Positions 54,691 through 63,010 of a stretch of 64,000 nucleotides of DNA are shown one piece after another; position 1 is the first letter of the stretch; every line of letters starts with the position of its first letter. A program made the position numbers and the translations under genes. The notes beneath the pieces are model-generated. The model was not told where the DNA came from, made no database searches, and worked only from the letters and a program-made list of their open reading frames with translations. This DNA is from Actinomycetes bacterium (lineage in GTDB: Bacteria; Actinomycetota; Acidimicrobiia; Acidimicrobiales; Bog-793): contig JAKABW010000008.1 of the NCBI GenBank assembly GCA_021796535.1, positions 5,707-69,706 of the forward strand, read 5' to 3'.

Positions 54691-57168
54691 ATGGCCGCCC
54701 GATATATGCAAAACGTCCGCAAGACACTAAACGGACCGGTGATAGCAGACATAGGAGCCCTGCAAAGCCCCTCGGCACGCGGCCGCGGCATAGCCAAATA
54801 CATTCTCAACTTTTGTCTGGCATTGGAGAATGAGGCTCCGGAACTCGTTTCCGATTATCTCTTGGATCGGGATTTGCCCCCTCCGGGAGGCATCGGAGAG
54901 CTTTTGTCTTCGGGAAAAATCAGCCACGCACCCTCAAAACCAGCTTTTGCGGCGGAAGCAAAAATGTTTCTCTGCATGTGGCCCTTGGACGAAGACAGGC
55001 CCTTGGGCAAAATCATGCCCCCCGACGCAAAGAGGAACGGACTGGCGACGGCCGTCGTGGTCTACGATATGATACCCCTCTTGGAGAAAGAGTACACCCA
55101 CCGTGATGCCGTCGACAAAGCCAAGTTTTTCTCCAGACTGGAAATCATACGCTCCGCCGACACTGTTTTTACAATTTCAGAAAAAACAAAACGTGACGTA
55201 ACAGAATATTTTCACCTCAGCGAAGACCGGGTCGTCACCGTCGGCGCTGCCACCGACAAGACGTTTGTCCCGCTTACATCCGCCGGCCAACGCCTGGAAA
55301 AAGAACGGCTTCTCGGTCTCGAATTCCCCGGCCTGCGCCCGGGATACATCCTTTGCCCGACGGGAAGCCATCCGCGCAAAAACAACGAACGCTTGATAAA
55401 AGCTTTTCTGGCGTTGGACAAAAACCTGCGCCAAGACCGTCAACTGGTATTTTCGGGAGACCTTCCGGAATCCACGATCAACCATTTTCAATACATGGCT
55501 TCCCCCTCCGGCGACGGTTCCAATATCTTCGCCACGGGACAATTGCCGCAAGACCTCCTTACGGCATTGTATCAATGTGCCGCTTTCGTGGTCTTCCCTT
55601 CTCTTGCGGAAGGATTCGGTCTTCCCATAGCCGAAGCTCTGGCTTGCGGAAAAAGAGTGACGGCGTCCGCCATCTCTCCTTTCGACGAGTTGTTGGATCC
55701 GGAAATGCTGTTTGACCCCCTCGACACCGAAGACATCCGGCACCACCTCGCAAAAGAACTGAAACATACCGGAGCAACGGAAGAAAAAACCGGCAAAGGA
55801 CATCTCCCGGCCACCGTCAGCCGACAAACACCGGAACGGCTGAGCTCCTGGGAAGAGATAGGCAAAAAAACCGCCGCTGCAATTTATGCCGGTTTTGTGA
55901 CTCAGCGACGCACGGTTGTCAGGAAGAAAAAACGCCTCGGTATCATAAGCCCGGTCCCGCCCGCACCATCCGGAGTCGCCGCCTATACTTACCGACTCAT
56001 GGAAGAGCTTGTCAAATTGGGGGATTTTTCGATAACGGCTTTCGCGGACGGCCCTTTCCCGAGCGAGTACGGACAAAAAATACGGGCCCACACACCAAAG
56101 GGTGTTCCCGCCTATCAGTCATTTTCGCTTCCGATGGCAGAAGGTCTCCTCGGCGGATTTGATCAGGTGCTTTATTGTTTTGGCAACAGCCACCACCACC
56201 TTGGAGCCCTCACCTGTCTCCCAAAGAGGCCGGGGGTGGTTCTGGCCCATGACGTGCGACTGACCAATCTGTACAGACATTATCACGGACGTCCCGGCAT
56301 AGCCCAAACGGGGCTTGCCAAAGACATCGAAAATATTTACGGCATCCGCCTGGAAGAGAGCCTGTGCAAAAATAACGAGCTTTCCCCATATGCCGTAGAA
56401 AAATACTCGCTGTTGCTTGCACGTCGGGTCATTGCGCTTTCCGAGTCGTATCTCGTGCACTCACTGGCTGGACGCAATCTGGCTCTTATGGATGCCGCAC
56501 CGTCCGATGAAGACAAAATTTCTGTCATTCCTTTTGCTATAGAAAAAAATACCAGATTCGACGATCACTCCGATTGGGACAACGGCGAAGAACTTGCCTC
56601 CTGGCTCAAAGAGGTAAAAACCAGACACCTGATATCTCACTTTGGGATAGTTGATCCAATAAAAAATCCGAAACTCATCCTGGATGCGTATAAAAAATTG
56701 TTGTCCGTGAGAGACGATGCGGTACTGGCATTCGTGGGTCCTATAGATAAGTCTCTGTTGCGTGAATTGGAAATTTTTTCACAAAATCTGGGGGTGGATA
56801 AAAACGTAAAGTTCACCGGAAAAGTATCGGCTGCCGATTTCAACAGGTTCTTGGAGCAAAGCTCTTTGGCCGTACAGCCGCGAACAGACTTCAACGGAGA
56901 GGCTTCGGCGGCCGTAGCCAACACCTTGGCGGCAGGCATCCCCACAGTGGCAACCGATATGGGTTGGGTAAGCGACTTGCCTGACGATGTGATAATAAAG
57001 ATTCCAAGCTGCATTTCGGATTTTGAGCTGTCGCAATTGCTGCTTGAACTGCTTTCTGCCGCCGGACGCCGCAAGACTTTTTCCGACAACGCCGTTTCCC
57101 ATGCCTCAAAGTACAGTTTCAGCCACGCGGCACAGGTCCTCTCGGATCTGCTTCTTGAAACCTGTTGA
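54691..57168 (+). CDS. Two-domain glycosyltransferase (tandem GT4 modules, WbdA-like architecture)
   Basis: First module: FPSLAEGFGLPIAEALACGKRV. Second module: NGEASAAVANTLAAGIPTV, preceded by a second GT-B N-terminal half. Length 825 aa. Confidence 0.8.
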   Translation: MAARYMQNVRKTLNGPVIADIGALQSPSARGRGIAKYILNFCLALENEAPELVSDYLLDRDLPPPGGIGELLSSGKISHAPSKPAFAAEAKMFLCMWPLDEDRPLGKIMPPDAKRNGLATAVVVYDMIPLLEKEYTHRDAVDKAKFFSRLEIIRSADTVFTISEKTKRDVTEYFHLSEDRVVTVGAATDKTFVPLTSAGQRLEKERLLGLEFPGLRPGYILCPTGSHPRKNNERLIKAFLALDKNLRQDRQLVFSGDLPESTINHFQYMASPSGDGSNIFATGQLPQDLLTALYQCAAFVVFPSLAEGFGLPIAEALACGKRVTASAISPFDELLDPEMLFDPLDTEDIRHHLAKELKHTGATEEKTGKGHLPATVSRQTPERLSSWEEIGKKTAAAIYAGFVTQRRTVVRKKKRLGIISPVPPAPSGVAAYTYRLMEELVKLGDFSITAFADGPFPSEYGQKIRAHTPKGVPAYQSFSLPMAEGLLGGFDQVLYCFGNSHHHLGALTCLPKRPGVVLAHDVRLTNLYRHYHGRPGIAQTGLAKDIENIYGIRLEESLCKNNELSPYAVEKYSLLLARRVIALSESYLVHSLAGRNLALMDAAPSDEDKISVIPFAIEKNTRFDDHSDWDNGEELASWLKEVKTRHLISHFGIVDPIKNPKLILDAYKKLLSVRDDAVLAFVGPIDKSLLRELEIFSQNLGVDKNVKFTGKVSAADFNRFLEQSSLAVQPRTDFNGEASAAVANTLAAGIPTVATDMGWVSDLPDDVIIKIPSCISDFELSQLLLELLSAAGRRKTFSDNAVSHASKYSFSHAAQVLSDLLLETC

Positions 57169-57209
57169 AAAACCGGCGGGGACAGCGGTTTATTGAGCTG
57201 TCGGAATTT

Positions 57210-58079
57210 TTAAATCCCGTTTGCCAACTTCTTCAATACCGCCTTGGAGCGGTTATAAACGTATTTGGCGGTATAAAAAGAACTTTTCAACTCCCGCAGC
57301 GATGCTTTTGCCCCGACAGCCTGATTTTTCTCTCCGGTACCCAGAGAGAAATCGTTTGCCGCATCGGTCATTTGTCTGGCTCTGCCGGCCCGCAAATGCA
57401 GTAAATACGCAACCTGTTCGGAAGAAAAAGACGCTATCAAATCTTCGTCATATGCCCGTTCCGACAAATTCCCCGTATCGAAAAAAGAGTCGGCAAAAGG
57501 TTCGGCCACAATCACTTTCCCCATGTCGACATAAGGAAGCTCCCGTATCTGTGTCAGATCCTCTCCGCCGCGAACAACGATATGATCGAAGGAAGTCCAA
57601 AAGCTTTGCGCCGTTCTCCCTCCAATGCCGCCCGGCACCTGAATCGGCGTGTCGCATATCAGTATTCTGACCGGGAAAGCCTTTATGGCGAGAGCCGCCG
57701 CGTTCAGCATGACGGCACGGGGAACCCTCGTCAGGTTCGGAGAAAACGGCAATCCCGGTTCAAGGGAGAGGATCAGCGCTTTTGCTTTTTTTGCCTCCAC
57801 TGTCAAGTGCGGCAACAGACCCGGACCGGTGGGAATTGTTTTGTCCGCCGCACTCCGCCGGTCCGGAGAGAGGATTCGGACGCTTTTGCCTCGCATCGCC
57901 AATTCGGCAGCGACGAGCCCCGTGTAAAGTCCGAATCCGCCGCCGGCGGGAGCCACGGTGCCGACAAGAACAAAATCTTCGCTCAGACCGGCAAGTAAAT
58001 TCACAATATTGTTGTCAGTTTCCGTATTGATGCCGTTCGCGGTATTGCCGACTTCCATAGCCAACCTTTCCTTAACCAC
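57210..58079 (-). CDS. Hypothetical protein (289 aa) translationally coupled to the upstream GT4
   Basis: There is an 8-nt overlap with the GT4 stop. The N-terminal segment VGTVAPAGGGFGLYTGLVAAELAMRGKSVRIL resembles a GT-B N-terminal glycine-rich loop, but I see no C-terminal E-x7-E. Confidence 0.5.
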   Translation of the reverse strand: MVKERLAMEVGNTANGINTETDNNIVNLLAGLSEDFVLVGTVAPAGGGFGLYTGLVAAELAMRGKSVRILSPDRRSAADKTIPTGPGLLPHLTVEAKKAKALILSLEPGLPFSPNLTRVPRAVMLNAAALAIKAFPVRILICDTPIQVPGGIGGRTAQSFWTSFDHIVVRGGEDLTQIRELPYVDMGKVIVAEPFADSFFDTGNLSERAYDEDLIASFSSEQVAYLLHLRAGRARQMTDAANDFSLGTGEKNQAVGAKASLRELKSSFYTAKYVYNRSKAVLKKLANGI

Positions 58080-59295
58080 CGTAAACCAACTGATTTACGG
58101 CTGACAAATTTTGCAGAGAATCTTCCATCTTGTCTGTCACCTTGTCCCAAGTATAATTGGACAAAACATAAGCTCTTCCATTCTCACCCATCTGCGCCGC
58201 CAATGCTTTATTGGAACTTATCAACTGCAGACATTCCGTCAATTCGTAATTGTCGGCATATGTCAGACCGCCTTTCGAGCGTTCGCAATGCCAAGTCACG
58301 ACTTCCCCGGCAGAAGAAGCCACGACCGGAGTTTTGGCCAGCCACGCTTCCATAACGGTTCGGGAAAAACTTTCGTTTTTGCTCGGCTGGGCCAAAGCCG
58401 AAGCGGCGCTGAAAGCATCGGGGAGTTCGTCCGCTTCCAGATATCCCAGATCAATGACATTATTTTTTAGACTTTCCGGTATATTGGGATTCCCCACACC
58501 GACTGTAATGAGATCCATTTTAAATCTTTGTGTTGCCAGGGCGGAAGCAAAAGATTTCATGAGGTTGTCCCAGCCTTTGCCTTCTTCCCGCCTTCCGACG
58601 TAAAGGAGGAATGGATTTTTCAACCCGTGCTTTTCCATAAATTTAGCCGGGTTGTACGAATTCGGAACCGCAACGGCGGCACCCGTCACTTCGTGCAAAG
58701 GAGACATCCGGGGTGCCACCCTGTGACACAACTGATGCTCCGGCTCGGACAAAAACCACAGTGCGGCGGCCTGAGTCAACGTCTTTTTGACGATTCCCAG
58801 CCTGGCATAAGGTTCGTCGTGCAGACAGGGCATGATTACTGATTTTTCTTTGACAAGCCCGGCGCAAGCCAAGGTGGACCAAAAAAGATACGGGGAGAAA
58901 ACAACGGCGTCATAACGTCTTTGCTGTGAAAGCAGATACAGATAAAGCCCGGGGGCTCTGAATCTTTCGTTCAGCCAAATGTCTTCTTCGGTATCGGTAA
59001 GCCTTTCGCCGGCGGAAAGCCGGTCCTCTATTTTGGCCACTGCCAGGCGTCTCTTTTTGGTAACCGTCTTAAATCTTCTTACTTCCAGATCAACATCGGT
59101 AAATACTTCTTCCGGAAATTCGTTTGCCCAGCTGAAATGACTTTTGGCGCATGTTGTGAGGATTTCAACCCGGTGCCCACGCTGTGCCAAGCCGTGAGCG
59201 GCTTCCGCCATAACGGCTTCCGAACCCCCCACGACATCCCTGCCGTAGCGGGGAGTGACAAAGGCCAGTTTCAAAGAATTTTTATTTTCCCGCAC
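58072..59295 (-). CDS. Glycosyltransferase family 4 (GT-B)
   Basis: FVTPRYGRDVVGGSEA and PSKNESFSRTVMEAWLAKTPVV. Confidence 0.8.
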   Translation of the reverse strand: MRENKNSLKLAFVTPRYGRDVVGGSEAVMAEAAHGLAQRGHRVEILTTCAKSHFSWANEFPEEVFTDVDLEVRRFKTVTKKRRLAVAKIEDRLSAGERLTDTEEDIWLNERFRAPGLYLYLLSQQRRYDAVVFSPYLFWSTLACAGLVKEKSVIMPCLHDEPYARLGIVKKTLTQAAALWFLSEPEHQLCHRVAPRMSPLHEVTGAAVAVPNSYNPAKFMEKHGLKNPFLLYVGRREEGKGWDNLMKSFASALATQRFKMDLITVGVGNPNIPESLKNNVIDLGYLEADELPDAFSAASALAQPSKNESFSRTVMEAWLAKTPVVASSAGEVVTWHCERSKGGLTYADNYELTECLQLISSNKALAAQMGENGRAYVLSNYTWDKVTDKMEDSLQNLSAVNQLVYGG

Positions 59296-59401
59296 GACGC
59301 TTCCTCCTAATAGCCTTATAACTTTTCTAGCCTAAATCTTATTCGCTAACGTAATAAACTGGCAAATAAATAATTATGCATATCCAAATCGGCAAACACA
59401 G

Positions 59402-61042
59402 GTGAAAATCTTGACGTTTTGTAAAAAAGAAACCCATCCACGTATCCGCATGTCGGCTTGTATGATGTTTGTCACAATATCGCTTTTTATTTTATCTTCG
59501 ATATTTTTGTCGCCGGCCGGCAAGGTCTATGCCGCCGGCCCCAAAGCGCTGCAAACCTTTACCTCGCCTGCCTGGACCGACACGGTGGGAGCCGAAGCAT
59601 TGAGCTCTCCCACCACGGCGGTCATCGACAATGTCCAGGTGATAGTTTTCGGATCGGAAAACGGATACGTTTACATGCTAAACGCAGCCACCGGTCAGAA
59701 TATGCCGGGCTGGCCGGAGCCGGTCGAAATAGCGCAGGGTCAGCCGACGGCCATAGAATCCAGTCCGACCGTCGCCTACCTGAACGGCAAAAACTCCCCT
59801 CCGACAATCATCATCGGGGCCGGTTCGACTTACGTGGCGGACCAACAGGGCGGCCTTGAGGCATTCAACGCCAACGGCACCGTCAAATTTATATTCCACA
59901 CTCTTGATATTTTCAACGAATGGACCAACGCCCCCTACCCTTCCGGCTACGACCAGGCTGTTTTTGCCACACCCGCCGTCGGGGATGTGCAAGGGAACGG
60001 CCGGCAGGACATAGTTTTCGGCTCCTGGGATCACCGCATCTATGCGCTGACGCCGAGAGGGAAATTGCTGCCGGGGTTTCCCATAAACAACCAGGACACC
60101 ATCTGGTCCTCCGTCGCCCTTTATCACGTCCACGGACCGAAAAAGGCAACCGATATCTTTCTGGGCGGAGATTCCACCGGACGGCGCGGTTGTTACGGAG
60201 GCTGGATTATGGACTACGCCTTTGTCGGCGGCCAAGAACGCAGAATGTGGGAACACTGCGAAAATCAGACTGTCTGGTCGAGCCCTGCTGTCGGAGTCAT
60301 CAACGGAACGGGAAAACCGGCCGTTGTCGTGGGAACCGGATTCGGAGAAACGCCTCCCTACAAATCAGACAGCTATAAACTCTTTGCATTTTACGCCAAA
60401 AACGGCAGACGAGTTCCGGGCTGGCCCGTCAAAACTGCCGGTCCGAGTTTCGGTTCTCCGGCAATCGGCTACCTGACGGGCAGCAAAATTCCCGACATAG
60501 TGGATACTTCCTGGTGCGTTGCCTGCAGCGGTGCCGGTTACCCAAATCAGGGGGAATCGAAAGTCTATGCCTGGACCGGTACGGGACGGTTGCTGTGGTC
60601 TCAAACGCTCTTGGGAAGCAACGACTTCTCCTCCCCGATCCTCGCGAACCTGACCGGTCAGGGCGAAAACGACGTTATGGTCGGATCCTCGGCCGGGCTC
60701 TACCCGCTTTCCGGGCAGAACGGAGATTTTTTGTTCGGGACCACCATGACCTCGGCAATCAACAACTGCTCTTTGCAAAGCACTCCTCTGGTAACTTACA
60801 TTTCACCGCAACTCAGCGGATTGGGAGCGGGGTCATCATCATCCGGGTCCGGACAAAGCGGCAATTTATTCGGCTGGCACGTACTTGAAACCTGCGGTGG
60901 GCCAAAAGAGGTCTCGCCTTCCGGAAAAGTTTTTTCATACCCTCTGCCGAACATACCTTCCATAACACCCGCTTGGCCGATGTGGAGACAAAATCCAACC
61001 CACACCGGTGTTGCAACCTCGACAATAAGCGGCAGGGGGTAA
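59402..61042 (+). CDS. Secreted FG-GAP/VCBS-type beta-propeller repeat protein
   Basis: A signal-like segment FVTISLFILSSIFLSPAGKVYA comes first. Repeats follow: ATPAVGDVQGNGRQDIVFGS, SSPAVGVINGTGKPAVVVG, GSPAIGYLTGSKIPDIV and SSPILANLTGQGENDVMVGS. The true start may be an internal Met near 59450. Confidence 0.7.
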   Translation: MKILTFCKKETHPRIRMSACMMFVTISLFILSSIFLSPAGKVYAAGPKALQTFTSPAWTDTVGAEALSSPTTAVIDNVQVIVFGSENGYVYMLNAATGQNMPGWPEPVEIAQGQPTAIESSPTVAYLNGKNSPPTIIIGAGSTYVADQQGGLEAFNANGTVKFIFHTLDIFNEWTNAPYPSGYDQAVFATPAVGDVQGNGRQDIVFGSWDHRIYALTPRGKLLPGFPINNQDTIWSSVALYHVHGPKKATDIFLGGDSTGRRGCYGGWIMDYAFVGGQERRMWEHCENQTVWSSPAVGVINGTGKPAVVVGTGFGETPPYKSDSYKLFAFYAKNGRRVPGWPVKTAGPSFGSPAIGYLTGSKIPDIVDTSWCVACSGAGYPNQGESKVYAWTGTGRLLWSQTLLGSNDFSSPILANLTGQGENDVMVGSSAGLYPLSGQNGDFLFGTTMTSAINNCSLQSTPLVTYISPQLSGLGAGSSSSGSGQSGNLFGWHVLETCGGPKEVSPSGKVFSYPLPNIPSITPAWPMWRQNPTHTGVATSTISGRG

Positions 61043-61067
61043 AAGCGGCAGAAATTGAATAAGCCGC
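61041..61067 (-). terminator. Weak candidate terminator downstream of clpP
   Basis: GCGGC (61045-61049) and GCCGC (61063-61067) form a 5-bp stem with a 13-nt loop. On the minus strand it is followed by UUUU. The stem is short, so confidence is low. Confidence 0.25.
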
Positions 61068-61079
61068 GTTCTCAAAAAA

Positions 61080-61721
61080 TCAGCGTTCCAACGCCACCGA
61101 GTGCTCGATGACTTTGTCGATGAAACCGTACTCGAGCGATTCTTGGGCCGTAAACCACCTGTCTCTGTCGGAATCCGCTTCGATCCGTTCCACGGGCTGA
61201 CCGGTGTGAAAAGCGATGCGTTCCGCCATCATCTTCTTCAGGTAAATAATCTGCTCCGCCTGAATTGCGATATCGGCGGCTTGCCCCTGCATCTGACCTG
61301 AAGGTTGATGCATCAAAACACGCGAGTGAGGCAACGCATAGCGCTTGCCTTTCGCCCCGGAACAAAGCAGGAACTGACCCATGGAAGCGGCAAGACCCAA
61401 ACAAACCGTGGAAACATCGCACTTGATATACTGCATCGTGTCATAAATGGCCAAACCGTCCGTCACTGAGCCGCCCGGTGAATTGATATAAAGCGATATA
61501 TCCCGTTCGTTGTCTTCGGCGTCCAGCAGGATCAACTGAGCGCATACCAAATTGGCCGATGTTTCGTCAACCTGCGTTCCCAAAAAAACTATTCTTTCCT
61601 TCAGGAGACGTTGGTAAACGTCTCCCATCATGGGAGAGGCATCTCCGCCTCTGGCCGATATCGACATAGACGCATTTTCCAAAATCGTATGCGCCTCTTT
61701 TGTAGTTTTCACGCTAGCCAT
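61080..61721 (-). CDS. clpP: ATP-dependent Clp protease proteolytic subunit
   Basis: [27 protein letters not shown] (Ser), MHQPSG (His) and the Asp context DRDRWF. Confidence 0.95.
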   Translation of the reverse strand: MASVKTTKEAHTILENASMSISARGGDASPMMGDVYQRLLKERIVFLGTQVDETSANLVCAQLILLDAEDNERDISLYINSPGGSVTDGLAIYDTMQYIKCDVSTVCLGLAASMGQFLLCSGAKGKRYALPHSRVLMHQPSGQMQGQAADIAIQAEQIIYLKKMMAERIAFHTGQPVERIEADSDRDRWFTAQESLEYGFIDKVIEHSVALER

Positions 61722-61906
61722 ATGAGGATAAGGTTAGCTAAAATATTGAAGCTTCGGTTCATTTTTTACCGAAAAGATGCCCGAACCAAAAAATAGCCGC
61801 AGCACCGTTTTCATTTGCGTTTCGTTTGCGGCAAAAAATATTTCGTTTACATAATTGCCGATTTTACTTTTCATCTTGTTGTAACCTCTAATAGCACTCC
61901 ACACAG

Positions 61907-61986
61907 GCGGGCGTGGCGAAATTGGCAGACGCGCTGGGTTTAGGTCCCAGTCCTACGGGGTGGAGGTTCGAGTCCTCTCGCCCGCA
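61907..61986 (+). tRNA. tRNA-Leu, anticodon UAG, type II (long variable arm), no encoded CCA
   Basis: Hand-folded. Acceptor stem GCGGGCG/CGCCCGC with discriminator A. D-arm GCG..GG..CGC. Anticodon stem CTGGG/CCCAG with loop TTTAGGT. A long variable arm. T-arm GGAGG-TTCGAGT-CCTCT. Confidence 0.9.
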
Positions 61987-62080
61987 CTCAATACGACTCC
62001 GCACCGGCCTACAGACACCGGGCACGGAGCAGATCTTTGTGAGCTTACGAAGGACGCTTAAAACTCGGTTACACCGCGCT

Positions 62081-62731
62081 TTAGAAGCTGTGATCACCCT
62101 CTTGACGCAACTGGCGCGATTGCAAAGCGGCATGCTTTCCGATATCCATACCGCATGATGCCGACACCGCCGTGCCGGAGCCCAGCGGATGGCCCTGTTC
62201 AAAAAACCGCCCGATACCCCAAAGGCGACGGATGCGTCAATGCGGCGTGCCGTTCCCGGGAGGCCGCCGCTTTATCTCCGCTTCTCCGGAAAGAGAGAAT
62301 TCGGCCCACTTGATGCCGCGTTGCACCCAACCGGCGCTGACCTCAACCGCGTCAAGACACAGGGGGCGAGATTGCTTCCCGCCGGCAGACAGAGACAAGG
62401 CGAACGTAACCTGCGGCACACGATCCAAATGGGCATCTCCGGGAGTTTTGACGGCTTGCGGCGGACACGCATAAAAGGAAATGAGCTCTTGAAAAACCAT
62501 ATTGCACTCCGGGCCTCACTTTGTCCGGCAGCCCGGTCACTTTTTATCAAAAAATTGCCGGATGACTGTTATCAAAGAAAAAAGTTTGGCCGATTCTGTC
62601 AATCCGCGCACACCGGATCTCCCCTGTCCGCTCCCGACGACTTGGGCTTCGAATGGCAGTTGCCGAAGAGGAATCCCGACGACTTGAAATGCGCAAATAT
62701 GGAGGTCCTCGACCGGCCAAGCCAGTGTCAT
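62081..62731 (-). pseudogene. Possible decayed gene: a single reading frame interrupted only by three TGA codons, with a tentative MOSC-domain-like pattern
   Basis: The minus frame is open from about 62870 to TAA 62081 except for TGA at 62537-62539, 62516-62518 and 62237-62239. Its composition is protein-like. These motifs appear in order: GIPLRQLPFEAQVVGSGQG, KLFSLI, TPGD, SRPLC, GIGRFFEQGHPLGSG. The codon-aligned antisense frame is fully open (62189..62827), as it is for real genes here. Confidence 0.25.
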
Positions 62732-63010
62732 GCCGACCGTCGTCCGGATAGCGGACTTCCGTACAAAGCCGTTTTGTTCACGGTCTGCATCTGCTTTACA
62801 GATAAATATTTGCTTGGAGATGCATGACGGTGCTTGCTTAGTATATAAAATAACAAAAAATTACAATTAGCCGCCAACAGACAAAAACTTATCGGAATAC
62901 AGACGTAATTTAAAGTTAAGAACATAAAAACGAAACAGTCCGTTTATGATCGGAATATATGATTTTTACAAAAATATTTAAGTAGAAACGTTACAGACCC
63001 AAAGGATAAA

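Noticed and set aside
61888-62202. A 104-aa minus-strand ORF and an 81-aa plus-strand ORF overlapping 61907-61986.
   Set aside because: They overlap a well-folding tRNA-Leu gene, so they are spurious.
62189-62827. An intact 212-aa plus-strand ORF in the region downstream of the tRNA.
   Set aside because: It is very basic (Arg-rich), has no hydrophobic-core periodicity and has no recognisable motif. It is codon-aligned antisense to a more protein-like minus-strand frame. The rejection is not complete, because this ORF is the alternative explanation discussed in the finding for 62081-62870.
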